Part shown: piece by piece, positions 46,564-55,201 of the stretch
Numbering within the stretch: the stretch's first letter is position 1
Layout: every line of letters starts with the position of its first letter
Virus record (IMG/VR): IMGVR_UViG_3300022562_001652
Coordinates: 32,001-96,000 of that record
Direction: 5' to 3' (one strand)
DNA from: a virus
Length of the DNA stretch: 64,000 bases
The notes under the pieces: generated by a model
Told to the model about the DNA's origin: nothing
The model's database searches: none
What the model saw: only the letters and a program-made list of their open reading frames with translations
Translations under genes and position numbers: made by a program

Positions 46564-47325
46564 CTATGACCCCTTCTCCGATACGTGCACGACACGAAGC
46601 TCACAGCGACACCCTACATGGACAGAGCCAACTACAGGCAACCACTCTGTGGCATTCTCCCCTTTAAACGTAGGACGGCCAGCTCTACGACCAACATTGC
46701 TGCCGTTCGACATAAGCTGGTCAATACGAAAGACACGAGGTCTGCTCCCGTCAACCGTGTAGAGAAGTCGACAATAGGAGCAGCAGTCTGGGTGTGTTTT
46801 CTTCCAGACCAGCGTGGTAGTCCCACTCTTCTTGATGATGGACGAAGCCCTGCCCTCCTCCATCGCATCGTGGATCGTGGTCCCTATGTCACGACGCCAC
46901 TCACGAGAGGCGACAGATAGCGCCTTCTCAATCTGACCTTTGGCTATAGCCAAAGCGGCTCGTCGTGCTTTGCTGAGGTCTCTGGCAGAGAGCTTCCTCT
47001 TACGCAGAAGAGAAGAACCTTCTCGTAGAGCCAGGCGTACTTTCGACAAGAGACGATCACGAACAGACTGGGCTATGTCGGTAAGCTGATCTCGCAAAGC
47101 ATCAGCGGCTGCTCGATCGATAGGGACCTTGCCTTTTTCGATCATAGACCTGACGTACCACACCGTCGGCATGCTGCTGCTTCTAGATCCAGCACCAGAC
47201 AGAAACCCGAGAGCCACGCTTACCTCTGGTAAGTCGCTACCTGTAACTCCCTTGATGAGTTTGGCATGTGCGTCTCGCACACGACGCACCAAGGCTGCTT
47301 CTTGACTTTTGGACAACAGCCTCAC
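46564..47325 (-). CDS. MuF/SPP1 gp7-like minor head protein
   Basis: CCSYCRLLY...NGSNVGR...W.PVVGSVHVGCRC C-terminal signature. Confidence 0.75.
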   Translation of the reverse strand: MRLLSKSQEAALVRRVRDAHAKLIKGVTGSDLPEVSVALGFLSGAGSRSSSMPTVWYVRSMIEKGKVPIDRAAADALRDQLTDIAQSVRDRLLSKVRLALREGSSLLRKRKLSARDLSKARRAALAIAKGQIEKALSVASREWRRDIGTTIHDAMEEGRASSIIKKSGTTTLVWKKTHPDCCSYCRLLYTVDGSRPRVFRIDQLMSNGSNVGRRAGRPTFKGENATEWLPVVGSVHVGCRCELRVVHVSEKGS

Positions 47326-48764
47326 GCAGCGTCCTCCTCACCGGTCGTCACAGTAGGTGAAGTCGGAAACATCCTCTTAGCCCCCTCGATCACCGTAACG
47401 AAATCTGACGACTTCGTAGAAGCCACGAAGACTTCACGAACAACAGGATCCCCCTCGTTGGCTCTATTGAGCGCTTCAGCAAGGAACGACAGCAGCTCGT
47501 CAAGACGCTCTCTCAGTACTTCGAGCGTTCCGTCCTCGGGAGAAGTCATGACGCGCAAGCGAAGGGCCGAAAGACAGGTTTCTCCCAGCTTGGTATCGGG
47601 GACCACTCCAGTAGACAGCTCGTACGAAAGCTTTTCAGGATGCCAAGCAACCATGAGTGCGGCAGCACAGTACAACAGAACTACGACGTGCAACGGCGGC
47701 TGCCGGAGCTCATCCAGGCTGATCTCAGCTAGAGAGCCGATACTTTCTTCGTCTTCAGAAAGAAGTTTCTCGTTTGGAGAGATGCTTTCTTCGTCCCCCG
47801 CCACAAGCAGCCCTAGCCTAGATAGAGCTACGATAGCTGCTAGCACGTCATCGCACCAATCGGTAGTGCCAGACATCCGACTCCCTACGCTCGCTAAGAA
47901 AAGCGTGTCGGGATGAGAGGCCCCTTTGAGCCATGCGTCAGGAGAGGCGGCGTCTCCTTTCTTCAAAGAAGGAACACTTGATTCCTTCTCTCCGAGTAGG
48001 AAAGCCTGTCGACGATTTTTTGACGCAACCACAATCGAAGAAAAGGTTGTCGGAAGACGTTCTGCACGAACGAGCGGATGTGGGGCTTCTTTCGAAACGT
48101 ACGAAAGCGTCACGTGTGGGATATACCCATGCTTCCTAGACATGAGGCTTCCCAGCGATCCGAGCTGAGACAAGAGTCTGTTACGAAAATCAGGAAGCTC
48201 AGGTGAGTCTACGAGAGCGACGATCACGTCTTTTCCGTCACTGCTGTCGCTAGCAGCAAAACGACCCACACCCCCAACTTCCCCAGAAAAAGGGGCCTGT
48301 TTCGCAGCAAATCCCGACACGACAGAACAGAGACTGTCCCACGTATCACCGTCTGACGTTTCCGGGAAATAAGCGAGCGTCACGTGCATGTCTTCAGGAG
48401 AGACCGACCCGAGAGGAGCCAACTGCTTTCCTGTAGTCTGGGGTACTTCAAGAGCGATCATGATCCCAGAATGTTTGTTCTCGTTTGTCGTCGATTTGAC
48501 GAGATCTTCTAGATCTCCAACAAAGATCCCGTCGGCCTTCTCCAACGGCTTCTTGGAAAGCACATCATCTAGTACAAAGCGCACGTCTCGTAGACACGCC
48601 TCGTACGTCGAGGAGAGTTCATCCTCCAAAGATGCAGCTGCTCCCGAAGACTTTGATCGGACGAGAAGCTGCGCCTTGAGAACGAAGTCGTCATCGAGCT
48701 GGGCTCCGTCGCCAAGTACGGCGTCGAAGACGGAGCCCAGCTCTTGTGAACGAACCCGTCGCAC
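47322..48764 (-). CDS. multidomain head-module protein with a central 2H phosphoesterase (Acb1/T4 57B-like)
   Basis: SGIMIAL, two HxT motifs MHVTLAY and YIPHVTLSY. Confidence 0.8.
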   Translation of the reverse strand: MRRVRSQELGSVFDAVLGDGAQLDDDFVLKAQLLVRSKSSGAAASLEDELSSTYEACLRDVRFVLDDVLSKKPLEKADGIFVGDLEDLVKSTTNENKHSGIMIALEVPQTTGKQLAPLGSVSPEDMHVTLAYFPETSDGDTWDSLCSVVSGFAAKQAPFSGEVGGVGRFAASDSSDGKDVIVALVDSPELPDFRNRLLSQLGSLGSLMSRKHGYIPHVTLSYVSKEAPHPLVRAERLPTTFSSIVVASKNRRQAFLLGEKESSVPSLKKGDAASPDAWLKGASHPDTLFLASVGSRMSGTTDWCDDVLAAIVALSRLGLLVAGDEESISPNEKLLSEDEESIGSLAEISLDELRQPPLHVVVLLYCAAALMVAWHPEKLSYELSTGVVPDTKLGETCLSALRLRVMTSPEDGTLEVLRERLDELLSFLAEALNRANEGDPVVREVFVASTKSSDFVTVIEGAKRMFPTSPTVTTGEEDAA

Positions 48765-48773
48765 GGGCAGCTC

Positions 48774-51700
48774 CTACCGCTGTCGGAACAGCTTGTCAAT
48801 CGGTGGCACCGGCCTGAGAGCAGTGCCGTTGTCACCCTTGGAAATCAGATCTGCCGTGTACCGATCGAGACCTGAATCCACCCAGGTGAAGAAAGGACTT
48901 CCCGCAACGACCTCGGGGGCCATGATGCCCTTCATCAAGGCCACCTCGTCGACAGCCACCCCTTCCCCTACGGAAGCGTCGTCGTCGGCGTCGGTGTCGG
49001 CATCAGCATCAGCGTCAGCCTTCTTGATCTTCACAGACGAGTCCGCCTTCTTGAGATCAGGCTTTTCACGAAGAGCCTTTCCTACGATCTGGCTCTTCGT
49101 GATGGGTTCGTCACAGTGGGGACAGTCGATGATAGCCTTCTCCTCTGCCATCTCGTTCCCGATCTCACTCTTGAAAAGGTCGTGCATCTTTCCCATTTCG
49201 TTCTCCTCCAGCGGCTTCACGCTCTTTCCAACCTTACGAGACATGCCTGTCTGTCTAGACAGGTTTTCATGAGCATGTGCCAGCGCCTCGTGTACACCAG
49301 CACCAATGTGGTTGTTGTTGGCGCGCTCTCCATCAGCATGTTTTTGGTGTGTATAGCCCCACATCTGGTGGTCGGCAGATGTGTTGGGACCAGGGACTTG
49401 GGAACTAGTGTACGAGTAAGCCATGTGCGTCGCAGCTCGTTGTACTTCCTCGTGCGCCTTTGCTGCTTGGGCACTTTTCACGCCGTGCTTTAGCTGCGCC
49501 ATACGGTGGTTGACGACAGCATGATGAAGCTTGAGTTCTGAGATCTCCGCTCCAACGTGATCAGAGCCTTCATACTGTCCAGAAGAAACGAAGCGCGATG
49601 CCTTTTTCACGACAGGACCTTCTCCTTTCTCTGGAGCAGGTACGGCGGGCATTTCTTGAGTCTTGCGAGAGTGTGTTCGCAAAAGGTTGATCTTCGCCTT
49701 CTCATGCGCCACCGACAGAGCACGGTGTACCTTGCTCGTCACACCCCTGCCCGAGGTTTTTGCATCAGCAGCCAATCCACCATGTATATGTTCCCACGTC
49801 TCATGGGTAGCTCGGTTAGGATTCGTAGTGTAGTGGCGCGCGATGTGGTCAGCTGCACGTTCCACGGCGGCATGCGTTTTTTGCGTATAGGGATGCTCGT
49901 CGCCGTGCTCCAGCCGAGCAATGTGGTGCTGCACCACAGCATGGTGCAACTTGAGCTCAGCGAGAGCAGCCCCTTTAGCGTCGCTACCCGTATACTGCTG
50001 AGGGGGTTTTTTTTCTTCTTCCTCCCCTTTCTTGATCTTCCGCGTCGACGCGCCAGTAGAGACCGCCGATACCGAAGATGCAGCCGGAACTTTGGCGGCC
50101 ATAAGATGGTTGCCCCCTAGCTTGCTAAGCTCCTCTCGATGGGCCCAAGAAAGAGCCTCGTGCGCTTGAGCAGTGTGTGCATCGCCCGCCGACCGAGCAG
50201 CGCCAGCTCGACCAAGATGCTCCACATGAAGAGCCCTGTGCACACCTAGCATGTGAGAGGCGTAGGCCCGCGAATCATCGTGAAATGTCGAGGACCCCTT
50301 CGGCGATTTTGGTTCGAACCGTCCTTGTACAGAAGCCACGTGTGAAACATGCAGCTTGGCCGCGTTGTGTAATGCTTGAAACGCCCGTTGCGTCAGCGGA
50401 TGGTCCGGGCCGTTCTTCACCGACGACATGTGGTGGAGCAGCGCTGCCTGGTGGACCCGTAGATACGAAAGCTCGGCCTTCTTTCCTCCAGATCCATCTG
50501 CCTTCGACAGCTGGTCGAGAAACGAGGAAGCTGCCTTATTCGTAGACAACCCCGCATGAGCAGCCTCTTGGTGGACTTTGGAGAAAGTGCGGTGTATTAG
50601 GAGAGTACGCTCTCCATAAGGAAAAGCCACTCCGCTACCGGAAGATAGTCTCTTCTTGTTGCTCTCGTAGGCATGGGCCAGCCGATCGTGGTGCGCTGCC
50701 AAAGAAAGATGTGCCTCCGGAGACAGGCCAGAGAAGTGTTCCCCTACGTGCCTGCGCACGCGGCGTGATAGGGTCTTCTCAGAAGCTTTGCCTTCAAGCA
50801 CACGCTTGGCATTTGCGTGCATCTCCGACGTAGGCAAGCTCGCGTCTACGGGAGACCACTTCTTCTTCTTCGGAGAAGAGCCTGTTGGAAGATGCGGCTC
50901 CGTCATGTATCGCGTGCCGCCCACGTTTATGATCGTCTTGGCGAGCTCCTCGAACGTGCTCGAGGCATCCATCGCAGCGACGCTCTTCTCGACCAGAGAA
51001 GGGAAAGAAGCATCGCGATCAAGGTCGATGAAGATCCCTACGAAGGATTTCACCTTCGAGTGAGGAGCGTTCTTCCGACGCTCGCTTCGATCGTATTGTT
51101 CGATGCGTTTCACTGTTCCCGCCTCGTCGTTGTTGACGGAGACGAGATGCGCCCTACGTCGAGCCTCGTAGTCGATCTGGTGTCTGTTCGAGGACGAAAC
51201 CTTGCTTTTCGTCTTCTTGCCCTTCTTGGGAGGAGGCGCCTTCTTCTTTTGCTTCTTGTCTTTACCTAGCCACTTGCCCTTGGTCTTCTTCCCCGTCTTA
51301 AAACGTCCGTAGGGAACGTTTCCGTGTACACGCCCTGAGCGTGCCTTCTCCTGCGAGACGTAACGAGGCTTCCCCTGCGTGTCGAAATGCTCGACCTGTC
51401 CTCCTCGACTTCCGACCCCTTCGCCGGCCTTCTCTACGTCGACGTAGATGCCGACGCTTTTCCCGACCCCTTTTGCTCCAATCTGACGAGCCCGTTGAAT
51501 ATGTGCCGAGGCTAGAGACTCATGGACCTGGGCAAGGGCTGAATGTGTCGGATGGAGAGGGCTCCCGTCGTTAATTTTGGCATACTTCGGGCTCTGGTTA
51601 CTGCGCGCCTCTTTCTCGTGATGCTCCTGCCACGCACGATGCCAACGAGCTTGCGCTTCGTGCTGTCCGGAAGACATGCCCCCAGAGGCTTCCTCCGTAG

Positions 51701-52787
51701 CCTTCACATGAGCACGTACCGCCCCTCTCCACTGAGACGTTCTGTCGCCAACGTTTTGGTGAGCGAGCCTCATCAGATGGGCACCCGTCTCTCCGGTCGG
51801 GTGCATAGCCTGTCCTGGTGGAGCGTTGCCAGGAAGTGGGGCCTTGACGTACTTCGCTTTGGCTAGATCGAACACCAGCCCCGCCTTCTCCACCTTCTTC
51901 AGCTTCTGATAGTAGTGTGGATCTTCCACCAAGTGATCCATCGCGATCTCACGAGCAAGCTTGAGATCCTTCGTGTGTTCCATCTCGTGCTTCGCTCCCT
52001 CATGAAGTTGATCCTGGTCGAAGTCCTCAGGCTTCTTGTCGTCAGCCTTGCCTCCAGGAATTTGGTCCGCTTTCCCGATACCAGGATATTTTCGACGAAC
52101 TGAAGAGCGAACCCGTGTCTTCTCTTCAGGGCTCCCAAACTGAGACACACGAGCCAAAGCGTTCCGAGCATGGGAAGCATCGTGGATGGGGTATCTGCGA
52201 CCAGGCAACGCGAAGTCTTTGCTTTTGATCTTCTTCCGAGCTCGCGTCGTCAGCTTGGCTTTTTCAAGGTCAATGACCGCTTCTTCAGACTTCCCGACCT
52301 TGCGATCATACTTCAAGGCAAAGTCCTCCGTATCCGTGCTGCCTGAAAGCTTTCGACGTGTTGGGTACAGCATCTCACGGTGTGCGTCACGCATAGCTGC
52401 GTGTGCTATACGTTTGTGAAACTCGTCATCGGTAATTTCTTTACCAGCACGGTTTCGCAAATCAATGCGAAACTTAGCGGCAGCATGCGCGTTGTAAGCG
52501 CGCTCATGATCGTCAGAAGACATGTGCGTAAGACGTGAAACATGGTTCCGTGCCTCTGCTCTTGCCAGACGGTAGTTAGATCGCGACAAGGCAGACATAA
52601 CTGCGTATGGGATATCGGCAGCCTTCCCAAGATCAGCTACAAAGTCTTCGGACTTCCCACCCCGAAGCTTGTTGACAGTCGCCCAGCCAATCCTCTCAGC
52701 TTCCTCCTTCGAGGCGCCACGACGACGCTCAGAAGCGGTGATGTGCTTCACCTGTCGCTTCTCCTTGGCGCTATGGGAGCCTGGCAT
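48774..52787 (-). CDS. 1337-aa modular His/Lys/Ala-rich head-module protein (ChaB-like, DUF6582-like, DUF5661-like and His-rich repeat modules)
   Basis: AERIGWATVNK; DFALPGRRYPIHDASHARNALAR; GAKHEMEHT...IAMDHLVEDPHYY; recurrent D[LV]xK[AS] linkers. Confidence 0.8.
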   Translation of the reverse strand: MPGSHSAKEKRQVKHITASERRRGASKEEAERIGWATVNKLRGGKSEDFVADLGKAADIPYAVMSALSRSNYRLARAEARNHVSRLTHMSSDDHERAYNAHAAAKFRIDLRNRAGKEITDDEFHKRIAHAAMRDAHREMLYPTRRKLSGSTDTEDFALKYDRKVGKSEEAVIDLEKAKLTTRARKKIKSKDFALPGRRYPIHDASHARNALARVSQFGSPEEKTRVRSSVRRKYPGIGKADQIPGGKADDKKPEDFDQDQLHEGAKHEMEHTKDLKLAREIAMDHLVEDPHYYQKLKKVEKAGLVFDLAKAKYVKAPLPGNAPPGQAMHPTGETGAHLMRLAHQNVGDRTSQWRGAVRAHVKATEEASGGMSSGQHEAQARWHRAWQEHHEKEARSNQSPKYAKINDGSPLHPTHSALAQVHESLASAHIQRARQIGAKGVGKSVGIYVDVEKAGEGVGSRGGQVEHFDTQGKPRYVSQEKARSGRVHGNVPYGRFKTGKKTKGKWLGKDKKQKKKAPPPKKGKKTKSKVSSSNRHQIDYEARRRAHLVSVNNDEAGTVKRIEQYDRSERRKNAPHSKVKSFVGIFIDLDRDASFPSLVEKSVAAMDASSTFEELAKTIINVGGTRYMTEPHLPTGSSPKKKKWSPVDASLPTSEMHANAKRVLEGKASEKTLSRRVRRHVGEHFSGLSPEAHLSLAAHHDRLAHAYESNKKRLSSGSGVAFPYGERTLLIHRTFSKVHQEAAHAGLSTNKAASSFLDQLSKADGSGGKKAELSYLRVHQAALLHHMSSVKNGPDHPLTQRAFQALHNAAKLHVSHVASVQGRFEPKSPKGSSTFHDDSRAYASHMLGVHRALHVEHLGRAGAARSAGDAHTAQAHEALSWAHREELSKLGGNHLMAAKVPAASSVSAVSTGASTRKIKKGEEEEKKPPQQYTGSDAKGAALAELKLHHAVVQHHIARLEHGDEHPYTQKTHAAVERAADHIARHYTTNPNRATHETWEHIHGGLAADAKTSGRGVTSKVHRALSVAHEKAKINLLRTHSRKTQEMPAVPAPEKGEGPVVKKASRFVSSGQYEGSDHVGAEISELKLHHAVVNHRMAQLKHGVKSAQAAKAHEEVQRAATHMAYSYTSSQVPGPNTSADHQMWGYTHQKHADGERANNNHIGAGVHEALAHAHENLSRQTGMSRKVGKSVKPLEENEMGKMHDLFKSEIGNEMAEEKAIIDCPHCDEPITKSQIVGKALREKPDLKKADSSVKIKKADADADADTDADDDASVGEGVAVDEVALMKGIMAPEVVAGSPFFTWVDSGLDRYTADLISKGDNGTALRPVPPIDKLFRQR

Positions 52788-52793
52788 GTTGAG

Positions 52794-52802
52794 AATGTAC
52801 CA
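52794..52802 (-). promoter_or_regulatory. extended -10 promoter TGGTACATT, 6 nt before the ATG (predicted leaderless mRNA)
   Basis: TGGTACATT-CTCAAC-ATG; no SD. Confidence 0.55.
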
Positions 52803-52817
52803 CGTATTGGAGTCTAG

Positions 52818-53225
52818 CTACTTACGGCCCACAGATGCGTCGAAGACGCGTCCCCAGTAACCAGACTCTATCTTGTGCTTCTTCGCGAACTCCTTCAGGT
52901 GACTGCCCATGAAGCCAACGAAGCCCTTCTTCCCTCCAGGAGCCTTGCCCTGGTGAAAAGAGCCAGCGATCTTGTGGATCGTGTCTGGGTGAAAGCCTAG
53001 GCGAGCAGCTAACTTATCGATCGAGACAGGGAGGGTACTGGCCTCAGGCACCTGCTCCTGCCCAACACTGTTAGAAGGAACACCCCCATTCCCCTTCTTG
53101 TCAGCAGGGTACGTGTACTTGGTGCGTCCTCCTGCACCAACCTTCTTCTTGGAAACAGCACGAACCGGGGTCTTCTTGACCTTCTCGGTTCGCTCCTTCT
53201 TCGGCAACGCCTTCTCCACAATCAT
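52818..53225 (-). CDS. basic head-module protein (MIVEKA...; TKYTY)
   Basis: 135 aa, ATGA coupled. Confidence 0.7.
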   Translation of the reverse strand: MIVEKALPKKERTEKVKKTPVRAVSKKKVGAGGRTKYTYPADKKGNGGVPSNSVGQEQVPEASTLPVSIDKLAARLGFHPDTIHKIAGSFHQGKAPGGKKGFVGFMGSHLKEFAKKHKIESGYWGRVFDASVGRK

Positions 53226-53464
53226 CCTCGCTCCTCTGCGTCCTCGAGTTTTTCAAACTCGTCCCAGAGGCGTTCTTGGCTCTCGTTCGCCTCTCGAACG
53301 AAGAAGCCGTCACCCGACAAAGAGAAGCGACGCAGACGGCCGTCTACCTCCACGAGCCCCTCGTAACGAGGTCCTGTCTTACGAAGAGCCACGCGACCGA
53401 CCTTCGCCGGCTTCATCATCTCGACTACGTCATTTTTGATAGCCGCCATCCGAGTGTGAAGCAC
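53222..53464 (-). CDS. hypothetical protein
   Basis: 80 aa, GGAG-TAG-TCC-GTG junction. Confidence 0.6.
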   Translation of the reverse strand: MLHTRMAAIKNDVVEMMKPAKVGRVALRKTGPRYEGLVEVDGRLRRFSLSGDGFFVREANESQERLWDEFEKLEDAEERG

Positions 53465-53467
53465 GGA

Positions 53468-55198
53468 CTACTCCATATCTATGATCAGGTACTCGTCTTC
53501 GTCTCGCTTCTGCTTCTCTCCTTTGCGGAGATCGTTATCACGAGACACGGAAGCGTGTACGGAGCTGACCCAGTCGTCGCGCAGGAAGCCCTCGTCCACG
53601 GGCACTGGCGCAATCTTCTTCTCGCCGATGCGAGACGCAGCATCGAGAAGACGCTGCGCTCCTTGGTGCTCTTCATGACCGTGGTCTTCTCCCTCAAACA
53701 TGCGGTCTTCCTCATGCTGGGGTTGAGCGGCGGCCTGAGACGCGTCTCCTCCGGCCGCCTGTTGCTGCTGAGCCATCTGCGCCTTGAACTGAAGAGCGGC
53801 GATGTACGCAGGGTTCATGATGATGTCGCCACCCTCCTTCAGAGGCCCTAGATCCTCGAGCTCGCGGACCTCATTTACCGTGAGGTAGGTCTGTCCCTGT
53901 TTCGCACGAAGCTCGACCGCTTGTTCCTCGGTCTTGGCATCCAGCCCGACGAATTCAAACTCGAACTGATCATCGATCGGCCAGACGACGTGGTTATTCA
54001 GAGACTCCGCGTAGAAATGAAGTAGTGGACGAAGCCCTCTGTCCTTCGATGCCTTCTGCTGTGCTTCGTTCGTCGACATGAAGAGGGGCTGCTGCGCCAC
54101 GCTGCCACGAAGATCGTGGTTGATCTCGGCAGGATCTACCAGGAACACAGCGCAGGCACACTTCACCAAGAACTCCACCCAGAGCTGATACTCCATCTCC
54201 TTGTTGGTGGCCTGAAACGGGACCCATTGGATCTCGTCAGAGTTGACGATCGGCGTCTTCCACGCCTGCCCGACGCCTACGAGCTGCTGGTACCAGCTCT
54301 TGCGGAGCTCCTCCAGCTTCCTCTCGTTCAGCTTCCCCTTAATATTCAGGATCCCCTTCGCCGTAGTTCCCTGACTGAAGCCTTTGGCGTTGTAAGTCAG
54401 AGCCCACAGAAGCCAGGTGATCGTCTGAACTAGGATCTCTACTTCCGACAGACCGTAGCCGAAGGATCGGATGTCCGTGCTGGGGTTGCGCACCAAGAAG
54501 GCCAGCTCATCGGACGTATACTCGCGGACTTTACGCGCATCGATCACCTGCGCATACTCGATCCGGTTTTTGAGTTCCGCCGTAGACGGGGGTGTTCCTC
54601 GACGATTCTTGGGATGCGCGATCCTGACGGTGCCGGCGTCAACCGCGTGGATCGAATGCAAGCTCCCTCCGCGAGTCCACACCTTCTCGAAACACCCTCG
54701 ATCCAAGGTCAAGGAGTCGGGCACGACCTTGCGAAGTAAGTTCGTCAGAGAACCCCTCTTCAGGTTGTACTCAACTCCTGTATTGACCAAGAAGTGAGTC
54801 AAGTAGTCGACGCGATCCCGCTCCGAGTCGCTGAGCCTCCGAGCCGGATTGCCCCAACGTGGTTTGAATCTGAACCCGACGCTGTACTTGTTCGGCTGGG
54901 GCTGGCAGAAAGAGGTGATCTGGTTCTTCCGAAGAAGAATGATCGAAGAGATGATGTCGACGTGCTTCGCAGCGTTTCGCAGATCGTTATCGGAGAGACG
55001 AGAAGGGATATTCCTGTATCCCATCCCGAACGAGTCGGCCATCATGTCGGGATCGACGAAGTAGGACTTGGGCTCCTCTTCTTTAGGAGGACCGTCGTCG
55101 TCCTTGACTCCCGCCTGAGCAAGTTTCTCGGCAAACGTTCCGAAAGCCTCTATAGCAGCTTTCGTGACTTGTTCCGGAATGAACTCCACTAGGCTCAT
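53468..55198 (-). CDS. portal protein
   Basis: DSLTLDRGCFE, AVDAGTV, RNPSTDI..FGYGLSEVE, TVNEVR...LGPL..GDII. Confidence 0.92.
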   Translation of the reverse strand: MSLVEFIPEQVTKAAIEAFGTFAEKLAQAGVKDDDGPPKEEEPKSYFVDPDMMADSFGMGYRNIPSRLSDNDLRNAAKHVDIISSIILLRKNQITSFCQPQPNKYSVGFRFKPRWGNPARRLSDSERDRVDYLTHFLVNTGVEYNLKRGSLTNLLRKVVPDSLTLDRGCFEKVWTRGGSLHSIHAVDAGTVRIAHPKNRRGTPPSTAELKNRIEYAQVIDARKVREYTSDELAFLVRNPSTDIRSFGYGLSEVEILVQTITWLLWALTYNAKGFSQGTTAKGILNIKGKLNERKLEELRKSWYQQLVGVGQAWKTPIVNSDEIQWVPFQATNKEMEYQLWVEFLVKCACAVFLVDPAEINHDLRGSVAQQPLFMSTNEAQQKASKDRGLRPLLHFYAESLNNHVVWPIDDQFEFEFVGLDAKTEEQAVELRAKQGQTYLTVNEVRELEDLGPLKEGGDIIMNPAYIAALQFKAQMAQQQQAAGGDASQAAAQPQHEEDRMFEGEDHGHEEHQGAQRLLDAASRIGEKKIAPVPVDEGFLRDDWVSSVHASVSRDNDLRKGEKQKRDEDEYLIIDME

Positions 55199-55201
55199 CG
55201 A

